Shown: piece after piece, positions 31,701-42,264 of the stretch
Numbering within the stretch: position 1 is the stretch's first letter
How the letters are laid out: every line of letters starts with the position of its first letter
The notes under the pieces: generated by a model
Database searches by the model: none
Told to the model about the DNA's origin: nothing
What the model saw: only the letters and a program-made list of their open reading frames with translations
DNA from: Candidatus Woesearchaeota archaeon
GTDB lineage: Archaea > Nanobdellota > Nanobdellia > Woesearchaeales > BS150m-G63
DNA length: 64,000 bases
Direction of reading: 5' to 3'
NCBI GenBank assembly: GCA_016784165.1
Contig: JADHVD010000002.1
Span: 6,045-70,044 of the forward strand
Program-made: the position numbers and the translations under genes

Positions 31701-32495
31701 ATGAAAATAAATATAATAAACCAGGACAAAAAGCAAAATAAGATTTCATTTATGTTAGAAGATACAACTCCTGCATTTGCAAACTTGATAAGGCGAATAA
31801 TTATTGGAACAGTTCCAACAATCGCTATAGAAGATATAGAATTCAAATATAATGATTCTATTTTATATGATGAAATGATTGCACTTCGTTTAGGATTAAT
31901 ACCTTTAACCACTGATTTAAAAACTTATAATTTTCCAGAAAATTGTAAATGTAAAGGCAAAGGATGTGCTAGATGTTCAGTAGTTTTAAGTTTAAAGGCA
32001 AAGGGGCCTGCAACAGTCTATGCTTCTGATTTAAAATCAAAGGATCCAAAAATAAAACCAGTTTTTCCAGAAACCCCCATTGTTAAATTATTAAAAGGGC
32101 AAAAATTAGAACTAATCGCAACCGCTGTATTGGGTAAGGGAAGAAATCATATTAAATGGGGTCCAGGAACCGCATTTTATCAATATAAACCAATTATAGA
32201 ATTAAACAATTGCACAAATGAAAAAATTGTAGAAATATGTCCTAAACAAATATTTCAATTAAAAAATAATAAAATAGTGGTTAATAAAGACAAAATATTT
32301 GACTGCCATTTATGTGGTGCATGCACTGATGAATGTAAAGATGGCTCAATTAAAGTTAAAGGAGATAAAAATAACTTAATTTTTAATGTTGAGTCTTGGG
32401 GTCAACTTCCAGTCAAAGAAATATTAACTAAAGCATCAGAAATAATTGACGATAACCTAAACGAGCTCAGTGATAAACTCAAAAAAGCAAAGTAA
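31701..32495 (+). CDS. rpoD: RNA polymerase subunit D (Rpo3) with Fe-S domain
   Basis: ANLIRR, VPTIAI, DEMIALRLGLIP, CHLCGAC. Confidence 0.96.
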   Translation: MKINIINQDKKQNKISFMLEDTTPAFANLIRRIIIGTVPTIAIEDIEFKYNDSILYDEMIALRLGLIPLTTDLKTYNFPENCKCKGKGCARCSVVLSLKAKGPATVYASDLKSKDPKIKPVFPETPIVKLLKGQKLELIATAVLGKGRNHIKWGPGTAFYQYKPIIELNNCTNEKIVEICPKQIFQLKNNKIVVNKDKIFDCHLCGACTDECKDGSIKVKGDKNNLIFNVESWGQLPVKEILTKASEIIDDNLNELSDKLKKAK

Positions 32496-32504
32496 TTGTT
32501 TTTT

Positions 32505-32738
32505 ACGAGGGTGTCAGGGTCCGGCCAATTCAAAAACCAGTTTTTGAATTGTATTAAAAGAATATTCGATTCTTTTTGTACGACTTGAAGATTTTATTTG
32601 TTTAAAATCTTTCTTGTTAAGGAAGAAACCGAGTTTCGAGATCGAATGACTAATGTGATTAAATCAACAAAGTGGATTTACATCGCCTCTTGGGGGCTAC
32701 GACCCAAAACGTAGGTTCCAAATCCAGTCCCATACATC
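32505..32738 (+). ncRNA. Putative structured RNA / tRNA-like remnant between rpoD and rpl18e
   Basis: Several strong hairpins (e.g. caattcaaaaac/gtttttgaattg), pairing ends, 19-mer shared with the element next to tRNA-Gly. Confidence 0.55.
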
Positions 32739-32770
32739 ACACATCAAGATTATTAAATAATTATAATAAA

Positions 32771-33121
32771 ATGAAACGAACAGGACCAAGTAATGAGGAG
32801 CTGAGAAACCTGATACAGGACTTAAAGCAGTTATCACTAGATCAAAAAGTGCCTTTATGGAAAAGAATTGCAAAAGATTTAGAAAAATCAACAAGGCAAC
32901 GAAGGATTATCAATATCTCTAAAATAAATCGTTTTTCAAAAGCAAATGAAACAATCATAGTTCCTGGAAAAGTACTCGGTACAGGAGATATTAATCATAA
33001 TGTAACTGTAGCTGCTTGGCAATTTTCAGAATCAGCTAAAGATAAAATAAAAAGTCTCTTAAGTATAAGGGATTTAATGAAAACAAACCCAAAAGGGAAA
33101 AAATTAAGGATACTTGGATAA
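32771..33121 (+). CDS. rpl18e: 50S ribosomal protein eL18
   Basis: WKRIAKDL, INISKINR, VPGKVLG, AWQFS; start MKRTG. Confidence 0.96.
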   Translation: MKRTGPSNEELRNLIQDLKQLSLDQKVPLWKRIAKDLEKSTRQRRIINISKINRFSKANETIIVPGKVLGTGDINHNVTVAAWQFSESAKDKIKSLLSIRDLMKTNPKGKKLRILG

Positions 33122-33122
33122 A

Positions 33123-33539
33123 ATGATAATTGACGCAGAAAACCTACTAATTGGAAGATTTGCAACTGTTGTTGCAAAAAAAGCAATACTAGGTGAAAAA
33201 ATAGACGTAATAAATTGTTCAAAAGCAATTGTTAGTGGTAAAAAAAGCGAAGTACTTGCAAAATATAAAACAAGAAGTATTAGGGGTTCAGCTACTAAAG
33301 GCCCATTCATTCCAAAAATTCCTGAAAGATTTGTAAAAAGGGCTATAAGGGGAATGTTACCATATAAAAAACCACATGGAAGAGCCGCATTTGAAAGAAT
33401 AATTTGCCATAGGGGAGTTCCTCAAGAATTAGAAGGCAAAAAAGCAGAAACAATAAAAGAAGCAAACCATTCAAAATTACCAACATTAAATTATGTAACA
33501 GTTGAAGAGATATGTAAATACCTTGGAGGCAAAATATGA
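33123..33539 (+). CDS. rpl13: 50S ribosomal protein uL13
   Basis: IIDAEN..GR.A, GPF.P, RGMLP. Confidence 0.96.
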   Translation: MIIDAENLLIGRFATVVAKKAILGEKIDVINCSKAIVSGKKSEVLAKYKTRSIRGSATKGPFIPKIPERFVKRAIRGMLPYKKPHGRAAFERIICHRGVPQELEGKKAETIKEANHSKLPTLNYVTVEEICKYLGGKI

Positions 33540-33931
33540 AACCAATTCATGTATCTGGAAAAAGAAAAAGAGCAATTGCAAGAGCTACCCTTACAGAAGG
33601 TAATGGGAAAATAAAGATAAACAAAGTGCCTTTAGATGTATTCCAGACAAAAATAGCAAGATTAAGATTAAAAGAACCCTTAGTTTTAGCAGGAGATGCT
33701 GTACAAAAAGTAGATTTAAATATCAATGTAACTGGTGGAGGAGCAGCAGGTCAAACAGAAGCTGTTAGGTTAGTTATAGGAAAAGCATTTGCTAAATACA
33801 ATTCAAAATTAGAAGAAATATTCTTAAAGTATGATAAACATTTATTAGTTGCAGACGTAAGAAGAAAAGAACCAAGTAAACCAAATAGACACGGTAAAGC
33901 ACGTGCAAAAAGACAAAAATCATATAGGTGA
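33536..33931 (+). CDS. rps9: 30S ribosomal protein uS9
   Basis: GKRKRAIARA, GGG..GQ, ARAKRQKSYR. Confidence 0.98.
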   Translation: MKPIHVSGKRKRAIARATLTEGNGKIKINKVPLDVFQTKIARLRLKEPLVLAGDAVQKVDLNINVTGGGAAGQTEAVRLVIGKAFAKYNSKLEEIFLKYDKHLLVADVRRKEPSKPNRHGKARAKRQKSYR

Positions 33932-33959
33932 TTGAGAAACAATCCATGGAGGCTCAAAA

Positions 33960-34157
33960 ATGATAATACCAATAAGATGCTATAGTTGCGGAAAACCAAT
34001 CGCACAACTTTGGGAAGAATTTATTAAACGAGTTGAAAAAGGCGAAGATAGAAAAAAAGTCATGGATGAATTAGGTCTCGAAAGATATTGTTGCAGAACT
34101 CAGTTCATGGGACATGTTGAATTAATCGATGATATAGCTCCTTTTAAGAAATTTTAA
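33960..34157 (+). CDS. rpoN: RNA polymerase subunit N (Rpo10)
   Basis: [17 protein letters not shown]. Confidence 0.97.
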   Translation: MIIPIRCYSCGKPIAQLWEEFIKRVEKGEDRKKVMDELGLERYCCRTQFMGHVELIDDIAPFKKF

Positions 34158-34421
34158 AATTTTTTTTACTTTTTTCTTGTAAATTAAACGATTCTTTAGT
34201 GTAAATTATAACTCTCACCCTTTTTTCTTTTTCTACAAAAATCTAGTTTGCCTTAATTTACTAACTTTTCCATCATTTATAATTAAATAATCTTTTTTCA
34301 CATCAAACCATCCTGATTATTATATAAAAACATTATGTTAATAAAACCAAAACACACAACAATCTTCCCACACTAAAAATCAAAACTTTAATAAATCTCT
34401 CCCCTATAAAGATTTCTCATA

Positions 34422-37073
34422 ATGCCAAACTTTAAGAAAATAGCCGATAAGTGGCAAAAAGAGTGGGATAAGAAAAAGGTATTCCAGACAAAACCATCAA
34501 AGAAAAAGAAGTTCTATTGTTTAGAGATGTTCCCATACCCTACTGCAAAACTACACATGGGGCATGTAAGGAATTATTCTATTGGTGACGCTATAGCCAG
34601 ATACAAAAGAATGCAGGGTTTTAATGTACTTTACCCAATGGGTTATGATTCTTTTGGTATTCCAGCAGAAAACGCCGCAATTAAATCAGGCGCAGATCCT
34701 AAAAAATGGACAGAATCAAATATAGTACAAATCAAACAACAACAAAAACAATTAGGTTTAAGTTATGATTGGGACAGAGAGATAGCAACCCATACAGAAG
34801 AGTATTACAAATTCAATCAATTATTTTTCAGGGAAATGTTCAAAAAAGGATTGGCATACAGAAAACATTCTCCAATAAATTTCTGTTCAAAATGTCAAAC
34901 AGTGTTAGCTAACGAGCAAGTAGAAAATGAAAAATGCTGGAGATGTGGCACTGATGTTGAACAAAAACATCTTGAACAGTGGTTCTTAAGGATCACAGAA
35001 TATGCAGATCAGCTATTAGAAGATATTTCCAAATTAGAAGATTGGCCAGAAAAAGTAAAAACCATGCAGAAAAATTGGATAGGGAGATCCTACGGCACTG
35101 AAATATTTTTCAAAATAAAAGACTCAGACAAAATAATATCAACATTCACGACAAGACCCGACACAATTTATGGATTAACATATCTTGTTTTTGCGCCAGA
35201 ACACCCATTAGTGTTAGAATTAGTAAAAGGCACAAAATATGAAAAAGAAACTAAAGAATTCATAAAACAAGTAAAAAGAGAATCTGTAATTGATAGGATG
35301 GATGAATCCAAACCTAAAAAAGGCATGTTCATCGGAAAATATTTCACAAATCCTGTAAACAATGAAGAGTTGCCTATCTGGATAGCTAATTATGCTTTAG
35401 CAAATTACGGAACTGGGGCTGTAATGGCTGTTCCAACTCACGATCAGAGGGATTTTGAGTTTGCAAAAAAATACAATCTCCCACTAAAAGTCGTAATTAC
35501 ATCAAGAGATTACACCCTTGACCCTCAAAAAATGGCAAGAGCCTATACTGATGAAGGGGTAATGATTAATTCAGGTGATTTTGATGGGGAAGACAATAAA
35601 GATGCAATAAATTCTATTTCAGATTTTCTTGAAAAAAAGGGATGGGGAAAACGTACAGTAAATTACAAACTCAGAGACTGGCTGATATCTAGACAAAGAT
35701 ATTGGGGAACTCCAATTCCAATAATCTACTGCGATAATTGTGGGCCTGTTTTAGTTCCAAAAAAAGATCTTCCAATATCTCTTCCAAAAAACCCAAAAAT
35801 AACCGGGCAAGGAAACCCATTAGATAAGATTCCATCATTCATCAATACCAAATGCCCCAAATGTAAAGGTAAAGCAAAAAGGGAGACAGACACTATGGAT
35901 ACTTTCTTTGACTCTTCCTGGTATTTCTTAAGATATTGTTCACCAAAAAACAATAAACAACCATTTAGTAAAACAGAAGCAAACTATTGGCTCCCAGTTG
36001 ATCAGTATATAGGGGGGATAGAACACGCAATTCTTCATTTACTTTATGCAAGATTTTTTACAAAAACACTTAGAGATTTAAAATACATAGATATAGATGA
36101 ACCATTCAAAAAATTACTCACTCAAGGAATGGTGCTCAAAGATGGAATAAAAATGTCCAAATCTTACGGAAATGTTGTAGATCCTGGAAACATAATTGAA
36201 GAGTACGGTCCAGATACTGCAAGATTGTATATGCTTTTTGTGGCATTACCTGAAAAAGAGCTTGAATGGAATGATAAAGGTGTTGAAGGGTGTTTTAGAT
36301 TTTTAAAAAGATTATATTCTTTAACAGAAATTCCAAAATCAAAAAACAACATAAAAGATAGTTATATTGTAAGTAAAACACACAGCTTAATCAAAAAAAC
36401 AACAGAATTATTTGATAAATACCATTTTAGTATAGCTATATCTATTATGATGGAATACACCAGTACTTTAATAAAAAACAAACAGAATATTTCAACCAAA
36501 ATTTATAAAGAATCATTAAATAATCTTTGTTTATTATTATCTCCATTTGCACCACATGTTACAGAAGAGATTTGGAATAAACTAGGAAATAAAAAATTAA
36601 TTTCTACAGAAAACTGGCCAAAATATAACAAACAAAAAATAAACCCTGAATTTGAAGCAGCAGAACAAATAGTCTTACAAGCAACAAGAGACATAACTTC
36701 AATCAAAGCACTAATAAAGACAAAATCAAAAACCGCAACAATAATAATCTCAGAAGAATGGAAATATTCTTTATTCAAAAAAATACAAAAAAGAATAACC
36801 ACTACAAGAAATATTGGAGAGATAATTGGAGCAATTATGGATAAAAAACATCCAAAAGAGATTCCCAAAATAGTTCAATCAATATTAAAAGATCCAACAA
36901 AACTTCCAGAAACAATTCTCGATCAAAAAATAGAATTAAAAACACTAAAAAATTCTAAGGAAGAATTAGAAAAAGAAACTGACTTAAATATAGAAATTAT
37001 AATTGCAGAAAAAAGCAATGAACAAAAAGCAAAAACTGCAACACCACATAAACCAGCAATATTACTCCAATAA
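34422..37073 (+). CDS. leuS: Leucine--tRNA ligase (bacterial-type core)
   Basis: [42 protein letters not shown]. Confidence 0.97.
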   Translation: MPNFKKIADKWQKEWDKKKVFQTKPSKKKKFYCLEMFPYPTAKLHMGHVRNYSIGDAIARYKRMQGFNVLYPMGYDSFGIPAENAAIKSGADPKKWTESNIVQIKQQQKQLGLSYDWDREIATHTEEYYKFNQLFFREMFKKGLAYRKHSPINFCSKCQTVLANEQVENEKCWRCGTDVEQKHLEQWFLRITEYADQLLEDISKLEDWPEKVKTMQKNWIGRSYGTEIFFKIKDSDKIISTFTTRPDTIYGLTYLVFAPEHPLVLELVKGTKYEKETKEFIKQVKRESVIDRMDESKPKKGMFIGKYFTNPVNNEELPIWIANYALANYGTGAVMAVPTHDQRDFEFAKKYNLPLKVVITSRDYTLDPQKMARAYTDEGVMINSGDFDGEDNKDAINSISDFLEKKGWGKRTVNYKLRDWLISRQRYWGTPIPIIYCDNCGPVLVPKKDLPISLPKNPKITGQGNPLDKIPSFINTKCPKCKGKAKRETDTMDTFFDSSWYFLRYCSPKNNKQPFSKTEANYWLPVDQYIGGIEHAILHLLYARFFTKTLRDLKYIDIDEPFKKLLTQGMVLKDGIKMSKSYGNVVDPGNIIEEYGPDTARLYMLFVALPEKELEWNDKGVEGCFRFLKRLYSLTEIPKSKNNIKDSYIVSKTHSLIKKTTELFDKYHFSIAISIMMEYTSTLIKNKQNISTKIYKESLNNLCLLLSPFAPHVTEEIWNKLGNKKLISTENWPKYNKQKINPEFEAAEQIVLQATRDITSIKALIKTKSKTATIIISEEWKYSLFKKIQKRITTTRNIGEIIGAIMDKKHPKEIPKIVQSILKDPTKLPETILDQKIELKTLKNSKEELEKETDLNIEIIIAEKSNEQKAKTATPHKPAILLQ

Positions 37074-37074
37074 A

Positions 37075-38493
37075 ATGATTGATTATAATAAATTAGGATT
37101 TAAATGCGGTATTGAGATTCATCAACAACTTGATACACATAAGTTATTCTGTAATTGTCCATCTGAAATAAGGAAAGATGTACCTGATTTCATAATAAAA
37201 AGATATCTTAGAGCTAGCGCAGGGGAAACAGGAAAAATAGATATCGCTGCAAAACACGAACAGAAAAAAGCAAAACAATTCCTATATCAAGGTTATGATG
37301 ATACCACTTGTCTTGTAGAAACCGACGATGAACCACCACACACACCAAATCAAGAAGCATTACTAATCACTTTACAAGTAGCCAAACTTCTTAATGCAAA
37401 AATAGTTGATAAAATACAATTTATGAGGAAAGTAGTAATAGATGGATCAAACACTTCCGGTTTTCAAAGAACAGCATTAATAGCAAGAGATGGCCATATA
37501 ATACTAAATAAAAAAAAGATAGGGATTTCTGTAATATTATTAGAAGAAGAAGCTTGTCAAGCAATCAAAAGAACAAAAGATGTAGATACATATAATCTTT
37601 CAAGACTCGGAATACCTTTAATTGAAATAGCAACAGCACCAGATATAAAATCACCTCAAGAATGTCAACAAGTAGCAGAACATCTTGGAATGTTATTAAG
37701 AAGTACAGGTAAGGCAAAAAGAGGGATAGGCACAATAAGACAAGATGTCAATGTTTCAATTTCAAAAGGTGAAAGAGTAGAAGTAAAAGGATTTCAAGAC
37801 TTAAAAAGTATTCCCAAGGTTATAGATTACGAAATAAAAAGACAACTCTCTTTAATAAAAAAACATAAGAAAATAACAAGAGATGTAAGAAAAGCAGAAC
37901 CAGATATGACAACCTCTTTTTCAAGACCTATGCCCGGTGCTTCTAGAATGTATCCAGAAACAGATGTAAAAACTATAGAAGTTACAGATAAACTTCTGAA
38001 ACAAATTCCTCACGTCAAATTAATAAAAGATCAAATAAAGGAGATAACAAAAAAATACAATCTTAACAAAGAACTCTCAACAGCAATTATAAAAAAAGGG
38101 ATAGCCATAGATAAATTCACAACAGATTACCCTAATATTCCTGCAGAATTTATTGCTCAAACATTAATTAATTCCCCAAAAGAACTTAGAAAAAGATATG
38201 GTTTAAAATTAGATATATATAAAATAATAAATCCTATTTTTGAGAAATTAAATGGAAACAAAATAACTAGAGAAGCAGTATTTGAATTAATATTAACAAT
38301 AGCTCAAGGAAAAAAACCAAACTATAATAAATATAAACCTATTTCAGAAGAAGGTGTAACTGAAGAAGTTAAGCAAGTCATAGCGAAAAATAAAGGGGCG
38401 CCAGTAAATGCCCTTATGGGAATCCTTATGTCCAAATATCGTGGAAAAATAGACGGAAAAAAAGCAATGGAACTTATTAAAAAATATTCATAA
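37075..38493 (+). CDS. gatE: Glu-tRNA(Gln) amidotransferase subunit E
   Basis: GIEIHQQL, KLFC, DGSNTSGFQRT, RGIGTIRQD, RPMPGASRMYPETD. Confidence 0.95.
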   Translation: MIDYNKLGFKCGIEIHQQLDTHKLFCNCPSEIRKDVPDFIIKRYLRASAGETGKIDIAAKHEQKKAKQFLYQGYDDTTCLVETDDEPPHTPNQEALLITLQVAKLLNAKIVDKIQFMRKVVIDGSNTSGFQRTALIARDGHIILNKKKIGISVILLEEEACQAIKRTKDVDTYNLSRLGIPLIEIATAPDIKSPQECQQVAEHLGMLLRSTGKAKRGIGTIRQDVNVSISKGERVEVKGFQDLKSIPKVIDYEIKRQLSLIKKHKKITRDVRKAEPDMTTSFSRPMPGASRMYPETDVKTIEVTDKLLKQIPHVKLIKDQIKEITKKYNLNKELSTAIIKKGIAIDKFTTDYPNIPAEFIAQTLINSPKELRKRYGLKLDIYKIINPIFEKLNGNKITREAVFELILTIAQGKKPNYNKYKPISEEGVTEEVKQVIAKNKGAPVNALMGILMSKYRGKIDGKKAMELIKKYS

Positions 38494-38494
38494 A

Positions 38495-39253
38495 ATGTTA
38501 AGCATAATAATTATAGCAAAAAACGAAGAGGAATTTCTTCCTAGATTATTAAAAAGTATAAAAGCTCAAGATTATGATGATTATGAGATTATTCTAAGTG
38601 ATGCAAAAAGTACAGATAGCACAAGAGATATAGCAAAGAGTTATGGTTGTAAAATCGTAGATGGTGGACTCCCATCTATTGGAAGAAATAATGGGGCCAA
38701 AGTAGCCAAAGGAGAACTTCTCTTATTTTTAGATGCTGATGTAAAGATGCCCGAACATTTTTTAAAAAACACCGTAGCCGAATTCAAAAAAAGAAATCTT
38801 GCTACTGGAACCCCCTTATATAAACCGATTACAGATAAAACTATTGACAAAGTTTTATACGACACATATAATATTTGGGCTGTTGCAACTCAACATTTTT
38901 ATCCACACAGTGCTGGTTTTTGTATTTTTTCAAGAAAAGATGTTTTCAATAATTTAAATGGTTTTGATGAAGACCTTTTAATGGCAGAAGATCATGATTA
39001 TGTAAACAGAGGAAAAAAATATGGAAAATTTAGAATTTTGAAAAAATCAAATATTCTTGTTGATGTACGTAGGTTGGATAAGGAAGGAAGATTCATATTA
39101 GCAAAAAAATATCTTCAAGGTGCACTTCACAGAACTTTCAAGGGTGAAATGCATAAACCTCCTTTTGAGTATGAACTTCATGGCGGAGTAGAAATAACTA
39201 AAGAGATAAAAAAAAGAGATAAGAAAAGAGATAAGAAAAAGTTTTCTAAATAG
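38495..39253 (+). CDS. Glycosyltransferase family 2
   Basis: SIII..NEE, RNNGA, FLDAD, GFDE..AED. Confidence 0.9.
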   Translation: MLSIIIIAKNEEEFLPRLLKSIKAQDYDDYEIILSDAKSTDSTRDIAKSYGCKIVDGGLPSIGRNNGAKVAKGELLLFLDADVKMPEHFLKNTVAEFKKRNLATGTPLYKPITDKTIDKVLYDTYNIWAVATQHFYPHSAGFCIFSRKDVFNNLNGFDEDLLMAEDHDYVNRGKKYGKFRILKKSNILVDVRRLDKEGRFILAKKYLQGALHRTFKGEMHKPPFEYELHGGVEITKEIKKRDKKRDKKKFSK

Positions 39254-40232
39254 ATTTTTTTAATATACCTAAACCTTTAAATGATAGATAAATTAATCCA
39301 ATAAAAGTTATGATAAGGTCTTTAAATCTAATCAGTAAACTTAATACAATCCCTACGCTTGCCCCCAAACCCATTAAACTAAATAAGGAAGCTTGTCCAC
39401 TTTCTAATGCTCCAAGTGCCGCTGGAACAGGGATGATGTATGCAAAACCAACTACTGCAATAATTGAAAAGATAGTAACAAGATTAACATGATACCCCAT
39501 AGTTAATAATAATAATTTATATTCTAAAAACATAACCATCCAAGTTCCTAAACTAATTAGTAATGCTAAAATTGCATCTTTTTTGTATTGTTTAAAAAAT
39601 ATTATCACTTCTTCTTCAGATTTTTTAATCTCTTTTTTATGTTTTTTAACAATTTTTAATTTATTTAGTCTTAATAATTTTAATACAGGGTCAAATAAAG
39701 GTCCACCTTTCATTATTCTTCTATAAAATAAATAAATACCAACCATCAATATTAAAGGGCCAATAATTATAATAATTTGAGTATTTTTAGATATTGCAAA
39801 ATGACTTATTAGTACAAGTGCACCCATAAAAGTAAATAATGCATTGAATACCATTTCAAAAGATTTATCTAACACTACTGAGGAAGCTGCTAAATGTGGT
39901 TTAACCCCACTTTTAATAAGGAGATAACTACTAGCGATCCCTCCACCCATAAAAGCCATAGGGGTTAAGAAACTAATAGATACTTCAGTTAGTTTACATA
40001 AAAAAAGCTTAAAAAAACCAACATCTTTATTTTTTGTTTTAAGTATAACTACCCATTTAAGAGTTCTTCCAATTAGTATTAAAAGAGATGCTAAAAAAAA
40101 TAATCCCAGATATTTTATAGATATTTTTGAAAATACATTTAGTATATTTTCCAACCCACTTCCAAAAAATGCAACTAAGAATAATGAAATTCCTACAATA
40201 AATGACACTACTAAAAATATTTTCTTTTTCAT
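39246..40232 (-). CDS. Flippase-like membrane protein (lysylphosphatidylglycerol synthase TM / UPF0104)
   Basis: Multiple TM helices, TP..GG, PAALGALE, R motif. Confidence 0.8.
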   Translation of the reverse strand: MKKKIFLVVSFIVGISLFLVAFFGSGLENILNVFSKISIKYLGLFFLASLLILIGRTLKWVVILKTKNKDVGFFKLFLCKLTEVSISFLTPMAFMGGGIASSYLLIKSGVKPHLAASSVVLDKSFEMVFNALFTFMGALVLISHFAISKNTQIIIIIGPLILMVGIYLFYRRIMKGGPLFDPVLKLLRLNKLKIVKKHKKEIKKSEEEVIIFFKQYKKDAILALLISLGTWMVMFLEYKLLLLTMGYHVNLVTIFSIIAVVGFAYIIPVPAALGALESGQASLFSLMGLGASVGIVLSLLIRFKDLIITFIGLIYLSFKGLGILKKSI

Positions 40233-40248
40233 TTTATATAAGTATAAA

Positions 40249-40393
40249 CGAGCCTGAGGGGATTTGAACCCCCGACCTAATGCTTACTTCTTAATAACGA
40301 AGTTCTTAAAGTTTTAAGAAACTCCGTTTCTTATTAGGAGGCATTCGCGCTATTTATCCAAAGCTTTGCTTTTCCAGACTGCGCCACAGGCTC
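40249..40393 (-). tRNA. tRNA-Arg (CCT) with two introns: D-loop (40354..40373) and 37/38 (40285..40334)
   Basis: Acceptor GAGCCTG/CAGGCTC-G; removing both inserts gives GCGCAGTCTGGATAGCGC D-arm and AATGC-CTCCTAA-GCATT anticodon arm. Confidence 0.9.
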
Positions 40394-40447
40394 ATAATCC
40401 TTAATTATAAGGTAAGCTTTTTATAACTTTTTCTTTTTCTATGCTAT

Positions 40448-41434
40448 ATGTATAAAATAAAACAGATTCCAGAAGATTTTGTTGTAAATGAAGAATTAAA
40501 ATTAAAATTCAGCAAAGGAAATTATTATTACTTTTCACTTAAGAAAATTAATTTAACAACAGAACAATCAATTGAAAAAATAGCAAAAATTCTAAATTTA
40601 CCAAGAAAGAATATTGGTTGTGCAGGAAATAAAGACAAAAAGGCAGTAACCACGCAGACCATTTCTATAAATTCATCAAAACAACTTGAAAAATTTAAAT
40701 TAGTTAAACCAGACTTACAATTAAGTTATATTGGTAAAGGTGATTTGCCAATAAGTCTTGGGGATTTAACAAAAAATCATTTTGAAATTATAGTTAGGGG
40801 AATAATAAAAAAACCAAACCCAATTAGTGGAATTCCCAATTATTTTGATGAACAAAGGTTTAGTAAAAATAATGCAAAAATTGGTAGGCTAATTGTTAAA
40901 AAAGAATTTGCAACTGCAAAAAAACTTTTGGAACAAAATAACCATCATAACTTTGAAGAACATTTAACTAAAAATCCTACAGATTACGTTGGGGCCATGA
41001 GGAAAATATCTAAAAAAATTCTTATGCTTTATATTCACTCTTACCAAAGTTTATTATTTAATGAGATGTTAAATGATTATATAAAATATCACAAACATAA
41101 AACAATTAACACTAATTTTGGTGAACTATCATTTCCTTTAGAAAAGATAAAACAATCCAAATTTCCCTTAATTGGTTTTATGACTAAAGAAAATAAAATA
41201 GTTAAAGATATTTTAAAAAAGGAGAATTTAATTCTTAGAGATTTTATAATAAGACAACTCCCTAATTTAAGCCAAGAAGGGCAAATTAGGGAATGTTTTG
41301 TTGATTTGACCAATTTAAAGATTTCTAATCTACAACAAGATGAATTAAACAAAGGAAAAAAGAAAATAAAATTAACATTTAGTCTCCCAAAAGGAAGTTA
41401 TGCAACAATGGTTATAAAATCCTTATTCCTCTAA
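40448..41434 (+). CDS. truD: tRNA pseudouridine(13) synthase
   Basis: PEDFVVNE, AGNKDKKAVTTQ, PNYFDEQRF, FSLPKGSYAT. Confidence 0.95.
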   Translation: MYKIKQIPEDFVVNEELKLKFSKGNYYYFSLKKINLTTEQSIEKIAKILNLPRKNIGCAGNKDKKAVTTQTISINSSKQLEKFKLVKPDLQLSYIGKGDLPISLGDLTKNHFEIIVRGIIKKPNPISGIPNYFDEQRFSKNNAKIGRLIVKKEFATAKKLLEQNNHHNFEEHLTKNPTDYVGAMRKISKKILMLYIHSYQSLLFNEMLNDYIKYHKHKTINTNFGELSFPLEKIKQSKFPLIGFMTKENKIVKDILKKENLILRDFIIRQLPNLSQEGQIRECFVDLTNLKISNLQQDELNKGKKKIKLTFSLPKGSYATMVIKSLFL

Positions 41435-42052
41435 TGCTTTTTCAACATTTGGAAATGCTTCTTCTAATTGAGGATTTGCATCAATTGTTTTTAATATATT
41501 TTTGTTTTCGTAAAATTCAATTAAAGGAGAAGTTTGTTCATGAAATACATTCAATCTATTTTTGATTGTTTCTGTATTATCATCATCTCTTTTGAATAAT
41601 TCTCCTCCACAAGCATCACATACTCCATCTACTTTTGGAACCATATTGATAATATGGAATATTTTTCCGCATTTTTTACAGGTTCTTCTTCCGCCGAGTC
41701 TTTGTATCACTGTTTCTTCTGTACAATCAAGCAATAAAACTTTGTCAATTTCAGTTATATTTTCTAATGCTTCGGCTTGAGTGATTGTTCTTGGAAAACC
41801 GTCTAGAATATATCCTTCTTCACAATCTTCTTTTTTTAATCTATCTTTAAGTAATTCAATAACTAATTCATCTGGAACCAAGTTTCCCTTATCTGCATAT
41901 TCTTTAAATTTTAATCCCAATTCACTGCCTTGTTTTATGTTTTCTCTGATAATATCACCCATACTTATTTGAGGGATATTATATTTTTTAGAAATCAGCT
42001 TAGCGTGACTTCCTTTTCCAGCTCCAGGAGCACCCAATAATATTAATTTCAT
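41423..42052 (-). CDS. adk: Adenylate kinase (bacterial-type, Zn-LID)
   Basis: GAPGAGKG, GYILDGFPR, CxxC...CxxC LID; true start MKLILLG (upstream extension overlaps a tRNA). Confidence 0.95.
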   Translation of the reverse strand: MKLILLGAPGAGKGSHAKLISKKYNIPQISMGDIIRENIKQGSELGLKFKEYADKGNLVPDELVIELLKDRLKKEDCEEGYILDGFPRTITQAEALENITEIDKVLLLDCTEETVIQRLGGRRTCKKCGKIFHIINMVPKVDGVCDACGGELFKRDDDNTETIKNRLNVFHEQTSPLIEFYENKNILKTIDANPQLEEAFPNVEKALEE

Positions 42053-42107
42053 GTTGTATCCTCTTTGATTGTTTTCTTTTCTTAAAAAAGAAAAGTGTTT
42101 GAAAGTA

Positions 42108-42203
42108 AGCCTCGGGAGGGATTTGCACCCACGACCTTGGGATCTCTTTATTTTCTTGTGAAAATTTACAAGTCCCACGCTCTGCTGACTGAGCTACCGA
42201 GGC
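42108..42203 (-). tRNA. tRNA-Thr (TGT) with 23-nt intron at 37/38 (42144..42166)
   Basis: GCCTCGG/CCGAGGC-T acceptor; TGGGA-CTTGTA|intron|A-TCCCA; T-loop TGCAAAT. Confidence 0.9.
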
Positions 42204-42264
42204 ATGAAGTCAAAGAAAAATAGGCGATTTATAAACATTTCTAAAATTTAATGTTGTAGGTTCA

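Noticed and set aside
32505-32738. Group I intron, group II domain V, tmRNA or intact tRNA interpretation
   Set aside because: Only partial resemblance (GACTA/CAGTC P7-like pair, GGRGC...GTTCC hairpin); no P9/terminal G context, no pairable acceptor and T stems, no tag ORF
32672-32770. N-terminal extension of rpl18e
   Set aside because: Overlaps the structured RNA region; homologues start near MKRTG
42053-42178. N-terminal extension of adk
   Set aside because: Runs through tRNA-Thr; the true start is MKLILLG at 42052
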